DNA of 62,984 nucleotides, filler included, from Reclinomonas americana ATCC 50394 (lineage: Eukaryota): NCBI GenBank assembly GCA_048213135.1. It is 6 parts of 4 records of this genome, joined end to end, with 100 filler letters (N's around TTAATTAATTAA, not from the genome) between each part and the next. Parts side by side here need not be neighbours in the genome. Positions count along the whole stretch, not along the records: positions 20,292 to 37,421 come from PS015184.1; 5 more parts are not named here. One strand, given 5' to 3'. The notes under the pieces are model-generated. The model had not been told where the DNA came from. It ran no database searches and was given only the letters and a program-made list of their open reading frames with translations. A program made the translations under genes and the position numbers. Shown in pieces: positions 25,401 through 37,421 of the stretch. How positions within the stretch are numbered: the first letter of the stretch is position 1; the number at the start of each line of letters is the position of its first letter.

Positions 25401-28400
25401 ACAGAGCGAGAGACACAATAATCCATGGGCGAAGACGGCTTGATGGCAGCGCAAGATAGCATGGAAGTGATTCGACAATTAAAGGACGGTCCAAACACAA
25501 TCGACAGAGTGAGAGAGAAAATAATCAATGGGCCGAGAAGGCGTGATAGAGACTCGACGATCATCGAGAGAGGGAGAGAGATAGAACAATCACTGGGCGA
25601 AGACGGCTTGATGGCAGCGCAAGACAGCACGGACGTGATTCGTCGATCATCGAGAGAGGGAGGGAGAGAGATAGAAAAATCAACGGGCGGGGAAGGCTAG
25701 ATGGCAGCGCGGAGAGCGAGAAGGTGATTTGACAGTCCCTTGGCGCATCGAGCACTCACCGAATGCAAATGCGGAACGACGCAATAGTGCTTCCAGTGGT
25801 TACGGGGACCACCATCAAGGAGCTCGACAGCCGCGCAGACCCCAGAGTGATGGAGGCGGCTGGCGTTGGTGACAGAGAGTTGCACGTAGATGCGGCGGGG
25901 ATAACCACCAGCGCATCATTAACACTCAGCCCGATACCTGGCACGTCAATGCAAGGGGGAGGGAGGCGAAGAAGGACGGGAGGGGGAAGGAGAGGAGCGG
26001 GCAAGACAAATAGAGGGAGTGGGAAGGGACAAAGAAGGAGAGGAGCGCACGGGAAGAGGAAGAGAGCGAGAAAGTCGGAATGTGAGCGACGACAAAGGCG
26101 CAAAAACACCCTGAGAGGCACGCACGCACCATCAATAGTGATTGAAGTGGTCGACGAGGGAGCCAGCAGCGTCGGCCAGTAGCGCAACGTGGACACCTCT
26201 GAACGACGACGTGATCAGTCAGTTTGTGCGAGGAGCCTCAAGAGCATTTCCTTTTTTTGAGGACAACAAACCAGCGAGACGAATAACGCCAGTGGTGACT
26301 GGCTGGAACACGGCCGTTGCGCCACCGGACGAGAAGCGAACGCACACTGCAGCAAGGAAGTGAGTGACGAGAGAACCGTGTGTATCAACAAACATGCACG
26401 CGACAGCACCTTGGTAGGAACCCGCGCTGCCGCTCAGAGCCACTGTCATCGTGGCAAAAGGCTGCGGAGTCATGGCGCCCACCATGACGGTCGACACTGG
26501 CGGCGCCGTGGCACAGTCGCTGTTGAGTTCGACCACTTTAACTGCGTCACCCACAAGGAACCCGTAGCCGTTGATGGTGACCACCGTTGCGCCGACATTA
26601 CTCTGGATCACCGACGGCGACAGGAAATTGCCTCCGTACGAGATGACAATGCCGCCGGAGAACTGAACATAGTCGGAAGTGTCGGTCAGCTTGATGCAGA
26701 CCGAGTAGATGCCTGGCGTGCTGATGCTGAGTGGCACAGTGAGAGCTTCCAGCGACAGCTGCTGCACAATGCCCACGGTGGCCGCGTCAGGTGCGCCGGA
26801 ACTGAGGTCGCAGCCGGAGCCCGCTGCCACCACACGCACGGGCATGGTGTCGTACAGTCTGCGGATGGAACATGAGAAAGAGGCGGAGTGGGGTGGGGGG
26901 TGGCGAGAGAAGACAACAGCAACACACCCGAATCCCTTGACGGTGACTGTGGAGACACCAATCGAGGAGATGGAGGTTGGCGAGAGGCCCGAGGCGCCTT
27001 GAATGTACAGCGTGCCGGGAATGGGCAGGAATGGCAAAATGCCCATGCTAGCGCACAGCGTGTAGGCACCGGCAGAGGCAGAGGGTGTGAAGGTGAAGGT
27101 GACGGAGGTGGTGCCGGTGAGGGTGCGAGTGCCTGGAGAGGGGAATGAAGGAAAGGGGGAATGAGGAAAGGGGGGATAAAAGGGGAAGGGCGGAAGGGGG
27201 GGAAGAGGGGAAGAGGGGAAGAGGGGAAGAGGGGAAGAGGGGAAGAGGGGAAGAGGGGAAGAGGGGAAAGAGGGGAGTGAAAAGAGATGAAGGAAGAAGA
27301 TGAGACGTGAGAAGGGACGAGACTGTGGGCATAGGGAGGAGATGAGAGCGAGAAGAAACAGCGGAAGAACAGAAAGATAAGGAGAGCGAAAAGGGCAGGA
27401 CAGGGCAAGGTGAGATATGGCGAGCAGGAAGCGGATGCGACCAACGAAGTAGAGCAAAGGATGCGAGATCGAGGAAGGGGATGGAGACGACGATGGGAGA
27501 GGGACAACAGAAGGTGGGGGAGAGTAAAGAGGAACGAGATTGACAGGAGAGATTGAATAGAAGGGCGAGTTACGCTGTGAAGAGAAGAACAAAGAGAACA
27601 GAGATGAAAAGAGGAAGGATAGTGGAGAGAGGAAAAACAAATGGCGAAGAGAAAAGCGGTGATAGTGGGAGACAGTGAGGTCAATCGACGAAAATATGAG
27701 AGAGGAGAATTAAAGAGGAAGACATGCAAAGGGTATTTTCGTGCATAGCAGGCACGCACCGTACTTGGCGCTGGCTGTCACGAAGAAATCACAATCGAAG
27801 GGGCGCTGTACAAGTTTGAGTGAAATGTCGGCAGTCAAGCCAGTGCCGATGACGACCATGGTGGTGGTGGCTCGTCGCACAAACACCTGGGCAGCGGGTT
27901 GATTAGTCGCGCAACCAGAGAGTGGCGGTAGCAACGAGACGCACATTCGGTGACATTGATTTGAACGAGACATCTGCGATACGGTCAGTGAGTGCACGAA
28001 AAGATTAACTCACAAGCGATTGATGCGTCAACTCACCGACGACAGAAATCGTGGCACCGTTGTTCACGGGCACGTACACGCCGTCGCCGCCGTACCTACA
28101 TGCGCAACGATGAGTACGGCGCAGAAGCGAGAAAAAGAGCAATGTCCATATTCTCTCTTTGTGCCTCTCACGCAACGAGATGCACAGCGGATAGACGCCA
28201 GCAGTGGACGACGTCACGTTGAAGGCCAAGGCATCCGTCAACACATAGCCATCAACAATGACGGCTGGCGTTGCGTCCGCAGTGGCGCAGTCGCCACCGT
28301 TGTCAACCAGCTTTACCAAGTCGGAGGCCGACAGGAGCGCGCCAGAGAGTGTGATAACAGACCGTCGATTCAGCAGCACGGCAATCGGAGCGACAGATGT

Positions 28401-31400
28401 AACACCCTGTAATGTGCGCGCGTGCGTGCATGCGCAGGTGAGAAGCAGTCAGGGTGCCAATATGGAGATCATGGGGGACAGACCCTCACGTCGAACCCTC
28501 CGACACTGTTCCATGCGCCGTTGATGGCCATTCTGCGTGCGTGTGTGCTCACCACCATCAGCACATGCACCAAGCAAGGTAATAGATACTGCTAGATTTC
28601 AGCGCAACTTGATGCACACAGAGTAGGTGCCCACCGATGCAGCGGAAACAGAAAGACTAATCTGTGAGCCGTCGTCCGCAGTCGTACCGCTATCGGCCAA
28701 GGTGATGGATGTGGAGGCGGTGGCTTGTCCGTCGCAAGTGACGCCGTCGTCGACCACGAGGCAGGTGTCGTTGGGTGACAGGCCCACGCCTGTGCGAAGG
28801 GGGGAAAGGGGTGAGTGGAGAAGGGAGAGGGGAGGGGGAGGGGGAGGGGGAAGGGGGAAGGGGGAAAGGGGTGAAGGGGAAAGGGTAAAGAGGGGAAGAA
28901 GGGGAAAGAAGGGAAGGGAAGGGGGAGGGGAAGGGGGAAGGGGTGCAGGGGAAAGGGTAAAGAGGGGAAGAAGGGGAAAGAGGGGAAGGGAAGGGGGAAA
29001 GGGGGTAAAGGGGAAAGGGGAAAGGGGAAAAGAGGGAAGGAGGAAGGAAAAAGAAGAGAGAGGCGACAGAAGGGAGAGGGTGGTGCAGGGTAGAGAGGAC
29101 AAAGGGCCGAGAGGGTCAAAAGGAACGGGAAAGCGGGCGAAGAGACGAGGATCACGGGAGGAAAAGATGAAGATATCGGAGAGGGGGCAGATAGGGGGGC
29201 AAAGATACAGCATGGAAAGAAAGAGGGCGACGGAGAGAGCGGAAAGTAAAGTAAAAAGGAGTTGGCAAAGGGAGAGAAATAGGGAGAGAGGACGGAAACG
29301 AGAGAGCAGCAAGGAGAAACAAGGCCACTCACACAAATGCGTGACAATGACTGACAGAAAGACACAGAAACTGACTCTGCAGCGCACGCACACAAGAAAT
29401 GATGGAACAAACTAACCGCTAATAGTCAGCATGGTCTGCTGCTGCACGTTGACAACCGCGGGCGAGAGACCGAGGAGCAGAGGAGTCACGGTGAATACGC
29501 CGCTGCTGACGGCCGTGAAATCGGATGTGTCGCTGTCGCTGTTCACATACAGAGTGTGAGACGCTGCACTGGCGATCACCAAACATCCGTCTCCCTTCTC
29601 ACGCAACGATATGCACCACCGGAAGGTACCCACTGCGCTGGCAACCACCGACACGGTCGTAGTCAGCGAGTCCATATTGTTAAAGTCGCTCAGCGAGACC
29701 TGCACGGGTGCGGTGAGTGGCGCAGATTAGCAGGAGCAATATGCCAAGACCCAATGGCGAACCGAAGAATGCGCGTTGGCGGCGCAGGTGTCCGTGGCCG
29801 CCACGACTTTCAGCCGATCGGTCGGCGTCAGGCCAAAGCCGGCGATGGTGACGGTGGTGAGCTCGGTAACAGGGAAGACATTCGGCGTGGCGGATTTCGT
29901 GCCCTGCGAAGTGAAGATGATGAGCGGCCTCCCTCCCGCTGCGTGGTCAAGACAGAAACGTGTAACGCACCCGGAAGACAACGACACCAGCCGTGGCCCA
30001 CATCATACCCACGCTGAACCTGCACACGAAATGCACGGCTAAGCAGGGGCGCGGCACGAGATCACACAGGGCGGGTCCTCACGCAACTTGATGCACACCA
30101 CGTGCTGGCCAGCCGCAGAACCAGTTACCGACACGGTTGTCAGGGTGCCGTCGGGGAGAGTCGTCCGGTCCGCCGCCACCGCCACCGTCGGCGACATGAC
30201 GGCGTCGTCGTAGCAGGTGGAGGTGGAGTCGATGATGCGGATGACATCAGAGGACGACAGCCCGACACCTGTGAAGGATCGCCGATGAGCTGCGTGGAGA
30301 AGAATGCAATGAGGCAGTCGCTAGGCTGACCTCCCAGGTGCACGACCGTCTTTTCGCCAATGTAGAGCGTCGTCGGTTTGAGGGAGGTGATGATCGGGAG
30401 GACGGTGAAGGTGCCGCTGACGACTTTTTCGTAGGCAGATGTGCCGTCGATTCTGTGGAAAGGATGGGCGAAGGGGGGGTTAGGTGAGGGAGCGGGAAGG
30501 GGCAAAGGGGAGGGGGGATAGAGAAAGATGGGAGAAGGAGGACAAGGCTGAAAGGGGAGGGGGGAGAGAGGGAGAATGGGAAGCGGGAGAATGAGGGACA
30601 AAGAAAATGTTGGAGGAGAAGGTGGATAGGACAGGCGTGGGAGACGGTCTAACGGCGAGCCGGAGAGATGAGGGGCGCAGGGGGGGAAGGACGGAGAAGG
30701 AGGACAAGGCTGAAAGGGGAGTCGTGAGGGTGAGAGAGAGAGGGAGGGGGGAGAATGGGAGGAGGGAGAATGAGGAAGAAAGAAAGCTGGAGGAGAAGGT
30801 GGATGGGATAGGCGTGGGAGACGGGCCAACGACAAGCAGGAGAGATGAGAGGTGCATTAGAGAGAGAGAGAGAGAGAGAAAGAAAAAGAAAAGAAAAGAA
30901 AAAAGAGAGACATGGACGGCGATTGCGACCAAGTGAGAGAGATATCGAGAGGGGAGAACTGTTGGCTTCTTGCTCTACTGGCGTGCGTTTGTCTTTGTCT
31001 CTCTCTTTCTCCCTTTGTCTCTCTCTCCCCGTCTTTGACCAGAGGAAGATGAAGTGAGAAATACTGGAAGGGGGAGAATGGTGGACAGAGATATGGAGAG
31101 GGGGAGAAGAAAGGGTAGGAGAAAAAGAGAGACATGAGAAAGTGAGAGACAGTCATATACATGAAGTGGGGGAGGGCACGATGTCAGCAAAGTGTACGAT
31201 TCGGCCTGCGAGTTATGAAGATATACGAAAGGAATAAAGAACTGGGAGAGGTAGGCAGGGCGCAAGATAAGAGGACTGAGTGCAAGATTTTTGCGTTGCA
31301 CAGAAAGCGGCACAGAGTGTAACGCGTAGAGACACGTGACCACAGCCTGTCAACGCAACGATGTACACCACATGAAGTCTCCGACGGCACTGGCGGTCAC

Positions 31401-33523
31401 GGAGAGGGTGACTACCTGATGACCAGACCAATTTGAGGTGGTCACGACAACCTGCGCACACACCCCATGGTGAACACAGCGTGACTGCACGCAATCACAG
31501 TCAGTCGTTTACACACCGATGAGGACGCCGCGACGGCGCACGCCTGTGCGTCGTCCGACAACGGCACAGCTTTGAACGTGTCTTTCAAGCCCAGCACGAA
31601 CCCAGCAACGGTCACTTCGACCGGACTGAGCACTGCGAATGTTGTCGGTGTGGCTGACGTGGTACCCTGCGTGCACGAATTGTGAGAAGGTGTGTGTGTG
31701 TGTGTGGGCGAACAAGATCACACTGTGCGAAGCATACGGTACCTGTACATACACAACTCCATTCGGCGCAGGAACGGCCTCGTTGACGAACTCGAATCTG
31801 CATGCGCGTGGTTGGTGGCGTGCCAGCTTGTGATCTCAAAGTCAACACCACGCAACAGAATGCAGATTTGGAAGCCGCCGGCCGAACCGCCTGCTTGTAC
31901 TTGCACGTGGAATTCGGATATGCTCACATACTCAGCCGGGCCATCAGCCACCGCATACAGTGGCGTCTTGGCCGCTTGGTCGCAGGCGGCGCCCGCGGGA
32001 ACGGCAAATGCTCTGTCGTTGGACACCAGGGACCCTCCTGCAGATGATTTTCACTGCCAGTCAGCACGGAGAAGAATGACCAGCGGGGGAACTCTCGCGC
32101 ACCAATTACTGTTAGGGTGGCCACGGCATTGCGATCAAAGTAGATCGGTTGCACGCTGTACACCGAACCCCTCACCACAAACGGGCCGCCAGGGACCGGA
32201 AAGAAGATACCCACTCCTTGGTATCTGTGCGTGTGTCAGTGCAGGCTCTTTCCCTGGTTACTATGCTCAGCCGCCACTCAACTGCACACAGAGAATGAAC
32301 TGGCCGCGCATGTGCGACGACACTACCAGCTGCAGTGAGTCACCGCTTGCATTGGCGTTGACAATCATCGGCTCGTCAAAGCCGTCAGCCGTCGGTGAGG
32401 CGTTGCAGTCGTCGCCGTTGTTGACGACGCGGAAGTGGTCGAGGTAGCCGATCTGGGAGCCTGGTGGATTAAAGGGAAAGGGGGAGGGGGGGAAGGGGTA
32501 AGGCCGAGTGAAAAAAGCGAGAGAGAAAGAGGTGGGAGGGATGCTTGCGGATATGAGTGGGTGACAGCGAAGTGGGCAAAAAAGGAAATGAGGGCAACAA
32601 CGAGAACGGATGAGAATGACGTGAGACAGGAAGAAGGAGTCGTGAGATGAAAAATGGAAGAGGGGTAATGCGCGGGAGAAGAAGCGAGAGAGTAGAAGTT
32701 GTAGGAAAGTGAGATGAGGACGGGATGCTTGGCAACTGCAGCGGGTGAGAAACGTAGCGAGGTTGAGGAAGGAGGAAGGGAGATATTGAAAAAGGAGAAA
32801 GCACCGGCGAGCATTTGGTGAGTAGTTCAAGAGAAGCGGCAAAATGGTGAGACAGACAGAGGAACCCCGCACACGCGGTGACAGTCGATTAAAATGGGGA
32901 ACGTCCCCATTCGCTCATCACCGCACTCACCAGTCAAAGTGATTCTATCGAGTGAAAATGCACGAATAACGGTGGGCGCGAACGAGAACACCGATCCGCA
33001 TCCACCTGTCGAGAGTGTGTGTCAGTGAGCAGCAATACGCGCGGGGTAGCGAAAGATACCAGTGCGCGAACCCTGCAGACAAGAGTGAGTTCAAGAGGCC
33101 CATGAATCCAAGAGTATGGTCACTAGCGCGCAACTGAGGCCACGAGGATGCCCTGACCCGCCGGCGGGCTCACATAGTCGTCGGTGCTGCGCGAAACGAT
33201 CAGCACATGACCTCACGCACTGGATACAGAAGGCTCGCACGCAACAAGAGGCAGAGCTTGTATGTGCCGCCACATGAAATCACCAACGTCATTGTCATCG
33301 AGGTGCCGTCGTCGGCAAACACAGGTGTGTCGTTTTGGATGCCACCAAGGATTTCATTGTCAGAGCACGCAGTGCTTGGGTCCACAAAGTAGACGTATAT
33401 CGCCTCGGGGTCGATCACGTCGGCGAGGAAGTCGGTGCCTGTGAGGGGCGGGAAGGGAAGGGAAAGGGGGATGGTGGGGCAAAGTGAGAAGAAGAGGGAG
33501 GAGNNNNNNNNNNNNNNNNNNNN

Positions 33524-33595
<72 letters not shown>

Positions 33596-33845
33596 ACACA
33601 CACACACACACACACACACCACATTCTACTTCCCAGCAGCACAAATACGGGTGCATACAAACACACGCACCCTCTCTCTCTCTCTCCCTCTCTTCTCTCG
33701 CACACGCACGCTCTCTTACACACACACTCTCTCTCCCTCTCTTCTCTCACACACACACGCTCCCTTACACACACAATTACATTTCTGCTTCCCAGTAGCA
33801 CAAAAACGGGTGCATGCAACATACTCACTCACTCTCTCTCCCTCT

Positions 33846-33876
<31 letters not shown>

Positions 33877-34157
33877 CACACACGCTCACACACTCACTCA
33901 ACTCACTACTCCTTGCAGCGATCATGCTATCAATATACACTCCCTCCCTTTTCTCCCTCTCTCTCCCTCCCTTTTCTCCCTCTCTCTCCCTCTCTCCCTC
34001 CTCTCTCTCTCCCTCTCTCTCACACACAAACCTGAGCAGCAGCGACCTCGAATAATGCCACCAGCACAATCACCAAAAATGGCACAGAAACGACTCTTCT
34101 TCCTCTCCTTCTTTGCAGCAGCAATGCTGAGGCCTCCACGAATCCACCACCAAACAT
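19408..34157 (-). CDS. Giant type I membrane protein with ~19 tandem ~105-aa Ig/IPT(TIG)-like beta repeats
   Basis: Signal peptide (VVSVPFLVIVLVALFEVAAAQ), about 45 exons, repeats SP...T.T..G.GL...D...V.....C...G.Y.xCI, TM helix WKIALAVIFPLLGLAAITTVIWLAV, basic stop-transfer KRGWCARRAR and an acidic disordered tail. An exon is probably missing in the 33504 gap. Confidence 0.75.
20236..20247. other. Artificial scaffolding linker TTAATTAATTAA in N-runs (also at 37466, 39717, 55161, 59853)
   Basis: Identical 12-mer with stops in all six frames, always flanked by N-runs of similar length; the one at 20236 interrupts a continuous coding exon. Confidence 0.95.
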
Positions 34158-34686
34158 CACTGCGTGTGTGTGCGTGGAAAGAGAGAAAGAGAGTGTGTGT
34201 GTGAGTGAGTGAGAGAGAGAGATGCGGGTGTCGGGTCGGAGTCCGTCGTGTTCGAGCATGACTAAATTCTTTTTGACTGCACAGTCACACATCACTGGCT
34301 TTTGACTGCATCTCGTGTGCATGTGCGTGTGACGTGTCTCTCTCTCTCCATTCACTCCGTCTCTCTCTCTCACGCACACACACTCTGTCTCTCTGTCTGT
34401 GTGTGTGAGTGTGCGTGTGTGAGATACAAAACAGGTGAGTGTGTGAGTGTGCGACACCCAATGCACGCACTGTGTGCGTCATTGTGTGTGTCATTGCGCG
34501 TGTTTGTGTGTGCGTGTGCACCCTTCTGCGGCATATATGCATGTGCGTCTGCTTGTGTGTGTCAGAGATGTGCGTGGGGGGTGGTCGACCTTTGCTCACC
34601 AATGCAAATGACCAAAAATGCTTCCCAAAATCCGAACATCGGACGTCCAAAAAGCAAAAACCCGACAAAGAAAAACAAACAACAAC

Positions 34687-34838
34687 AACAAGCAACAGCT
34701 GTCTTGATGACCAAGTTCAACCGTATCCAAAACATCAACACAGACACCAATCTTGAGGCAGCAGCAGGTTCCTTGTGTGTCTGTGTGTTCGCTCCGAACA
34801 AGTCGAGAACTGCGATCTTCGCCGCATAGCGTGGTTGA
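34687..34838. repeat. Partial copy of the inverted-repeat element arm found at 58994-59595
   Basis: Near-identical to the first ~165 nt of the 58994 arm (AACAAGCAACAGCTGTCTTGATGACC...CGTGGTTGA); runs into an assembly gap. Confidence 0.9.
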
Positions 34839-35076
34839 NNNNNNNNNNNNNNNNNNNNNNNNNNNNNNNNNNNNNNNNNNNNNNNNNNNNNNNNNNNNNN
34901 NNNNNNNNNNNNNNNNNNNNNNNNNNNNNNNNNNNNNNNNNNNNNNNNNNNNNNNNNNNNNNNNNNNNNNNNNNNNNNNNNNNNNNNNNNNNNNNNNNNN
35001 NNNNNNNNNNNNNNNNNNNNNNNNNNNNNNNNNNNNNNNNNNNNNNNNNNNNNNNNNNNNNNNNNNNNNNNNNNNN

Positions 35077-35110
<34 letters not shown>

Positions 35111-35116
35111 ACTTGC

Positions 35117-35590
35117 CGGTCGAGCTGCAGTCGTCTCCGAAGAACCCCTCGTCGCACACGCACTTGCCAGTGCTGTCGCAGTTGCCGTGGTTCGAGCACG
35201 TCATGTCGCGCTGGCAGTTGTTGTTGCACAATGTACCAAAAGAAAGACCGTTGCAGTTGCAGCTGCCGTCGGTATTGCAGGTGGCGCCATTGCCGGGGCC
35301 GGAGCAAATAGCCTCCGTGCACTTGACGTTGCACGTCGGGCCGTAGAAGTTGGCGTCACACTCGCAGTCGCCCGTGCCGCTGCACTGACCGCGCCCGCAG
35401 CACTTGGTCTGCGCGACGCACGATACGTCGCAAGCGGCTCCATACCACGGTTCGAAGCAGTCGCAGCCGCCGGTGACGTAGTTGCAGGTACCATGACCAT
35501 TGCAGGTGACCGAGGCGGTGCAGAACGTGCCGCAGTTGGCGCCGTGGAGAAACAGGTTCGCAGCAACCAAGTCGGCACAGATATCGGTGC
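35117..35590 (-). CDS. Internal exon of a tenascin/laminin-type EGF-repeat protein
   Basis: Four tandem EGF-like units (TCNGHGTC...CDCFEPWYGAAC etc.); 474-nt phase 1-1 exon if the donor is G|GCAAGT. Rest of the gene unresolved. Confidence 0.75.
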
Positions 35591-36701
35591 CTGTACGAGG
35601 CGGGAAAGGAACGGGTGAAATTGGGAGACATATGAAGAAGAGGCGACAGGCAAACACACATAGGCATTGAGATTGCGGGGGGAGGGGGATGAGACAAGAG
35701 AATATGGATGTACAGAAGAGAGGAAAAGGGAGAGGGAAGAGGGAAGAGGGAGAGGGAGAGGGAGAGGGAGAGGGAGAGGAGAGGAAGAGGAGAGGAGAGG
35801 AGAGGAGAGGAGAGGGAGAGGAGAGGGNNNNNNNNNNNNNNNNNNNNNNNNNNNNNNNNNNNNNNNNNNNNNNNNNNNNNNNNNNNNNNNNNNNNNNNNN
35901 NNNNNNNNNNNNNNNNNNNNNNNNNNNNNNNNNNNNNNNNNNNNNNNNNNNNNNNNNNNNNNNNNNNNNNNNNNNNNNNNNNNNNNNNNNNNNNNNNNAG
36001 AGAGGGAGAGGAGAGAAGAAGAGAAGGAGACTCGGATGACCAGCCAACACCAAGTCGCACAACTCGGATGGAAGAGAGGCACGCAAGTAGAGGTCGGCAA
36101 ACACACGAAACATGTACAGATCGAAAGAAGAGGAGAGGAGCAGCAGAGGTAGAAGAAAGGAAGACTGAGATTGACAGAGCGGAGAAGGGTCAGCAAGAGC
36201 GAGTGCCAAGAATGGGAAACGTGGTAGACTACGGCTGACTAGCAACTGCGAGTAACGTACAGAGAGAGGGAGAAGAAGTCAGAGGCAAATGAAGAGAGAG
36301 TCAGCGGAGCTTCAACAATACCAGTGATAAAGGCAAGCAGTCAAATGAGACACACAGGCGACACCCCAGTCCCTAGACAGACCTCCTGCACACCCTCCCT
36401 ATAATTCTTGACGTACCAGTGACCGTCAGCACAGACGGCACATTAAATGGGAAGTGCGTCGACGATGTACTCGTGGTCGCTGTGGACATTCGAAAGTGAG
36501 CATACAGCAAGAGTGAGAGAGGGAAGGGTGAGCAAACGTAACTCTGTGGCGTTGTCCAGCGATATGGTACATGGTGATATCCGTACACAACCACAGTAAG
36601 TCATACACGAACGGAAACGGGAGGGAGGCGAGTGCATAAACACTCTCACAGGAAAAACAAATTGGGGGTACACCAAGCAGTGGAATGCACTCAAGACTCA
36701 C

Positions 36702-36823
36702 GTGATCACTGTTGTAGCAAGAGTCGTGGCTGTCGCAAGTGGTGGAGGCCACGCTGAATGCGCTGCAGTCGGCGTCGTGGACAAACAGCTCGGCAGCAGT
36801 CAAGTCGGCGAAGGAATCGGTGT
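36702..36823 (-). pseudogene. Decayed duplicate of the 5' part of the EGF exon
   Basis: TDSFADLTAAELFVHDADCSAFSVASTTCDSHDSC aligns to TDICADLVAANLFLHGANCGTFCTASVTCNGHGTC with two Cys lost; the upstream intron sequence is also duplicated. Confidence 0.6.
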
Positions 36824-37242
36824 CTGTACGGGATGAAACAGGTATTGGAAGTGGGGGGACCAGGGAAGAGGGTAGAGGGAGAGAGAAGAAGGGAAACGAG
36901 ACTCCGGTGACCAGCCTTACACAACTCGGGGAGAAGAGAGGCACGCAGGAAGACAAGAGAGCGTGCAACAGGACGAAAGGAGTGCAGAGTGGGGCACAGA
37001 TAGAAGGAAGACCGAGATTGGCAGAGCGGAGAAGACACAGCAAGAGTGAGTGCATACATGAAAGGGAAACGTGGTAGAACTGACAAGTAATCGACATACC
37101 GTGGAGAGACCATTGGAGAAAATATCAGTGAGACAACTGGAAAGATAGCCGCACGTGCACACGCGAAAGCGAGCATGAAGAAGAGAGGGGGAATAGAATC
37201 CGGAAGACTGGTGGAGGCTGAGACAAACAGAATGACAGAATA

Positions 37243-37421
<179 letters not shown>

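Noticed and set aside
27135-29415. Long ORFs rich in L/S/P/F or R/G/E/K in the ORF track (also 41900-45800, 52409-53945, 59853-60340)
   Set aside because: These are translations of stop-poor CT/GA simple repeats and N-runs inside introns.
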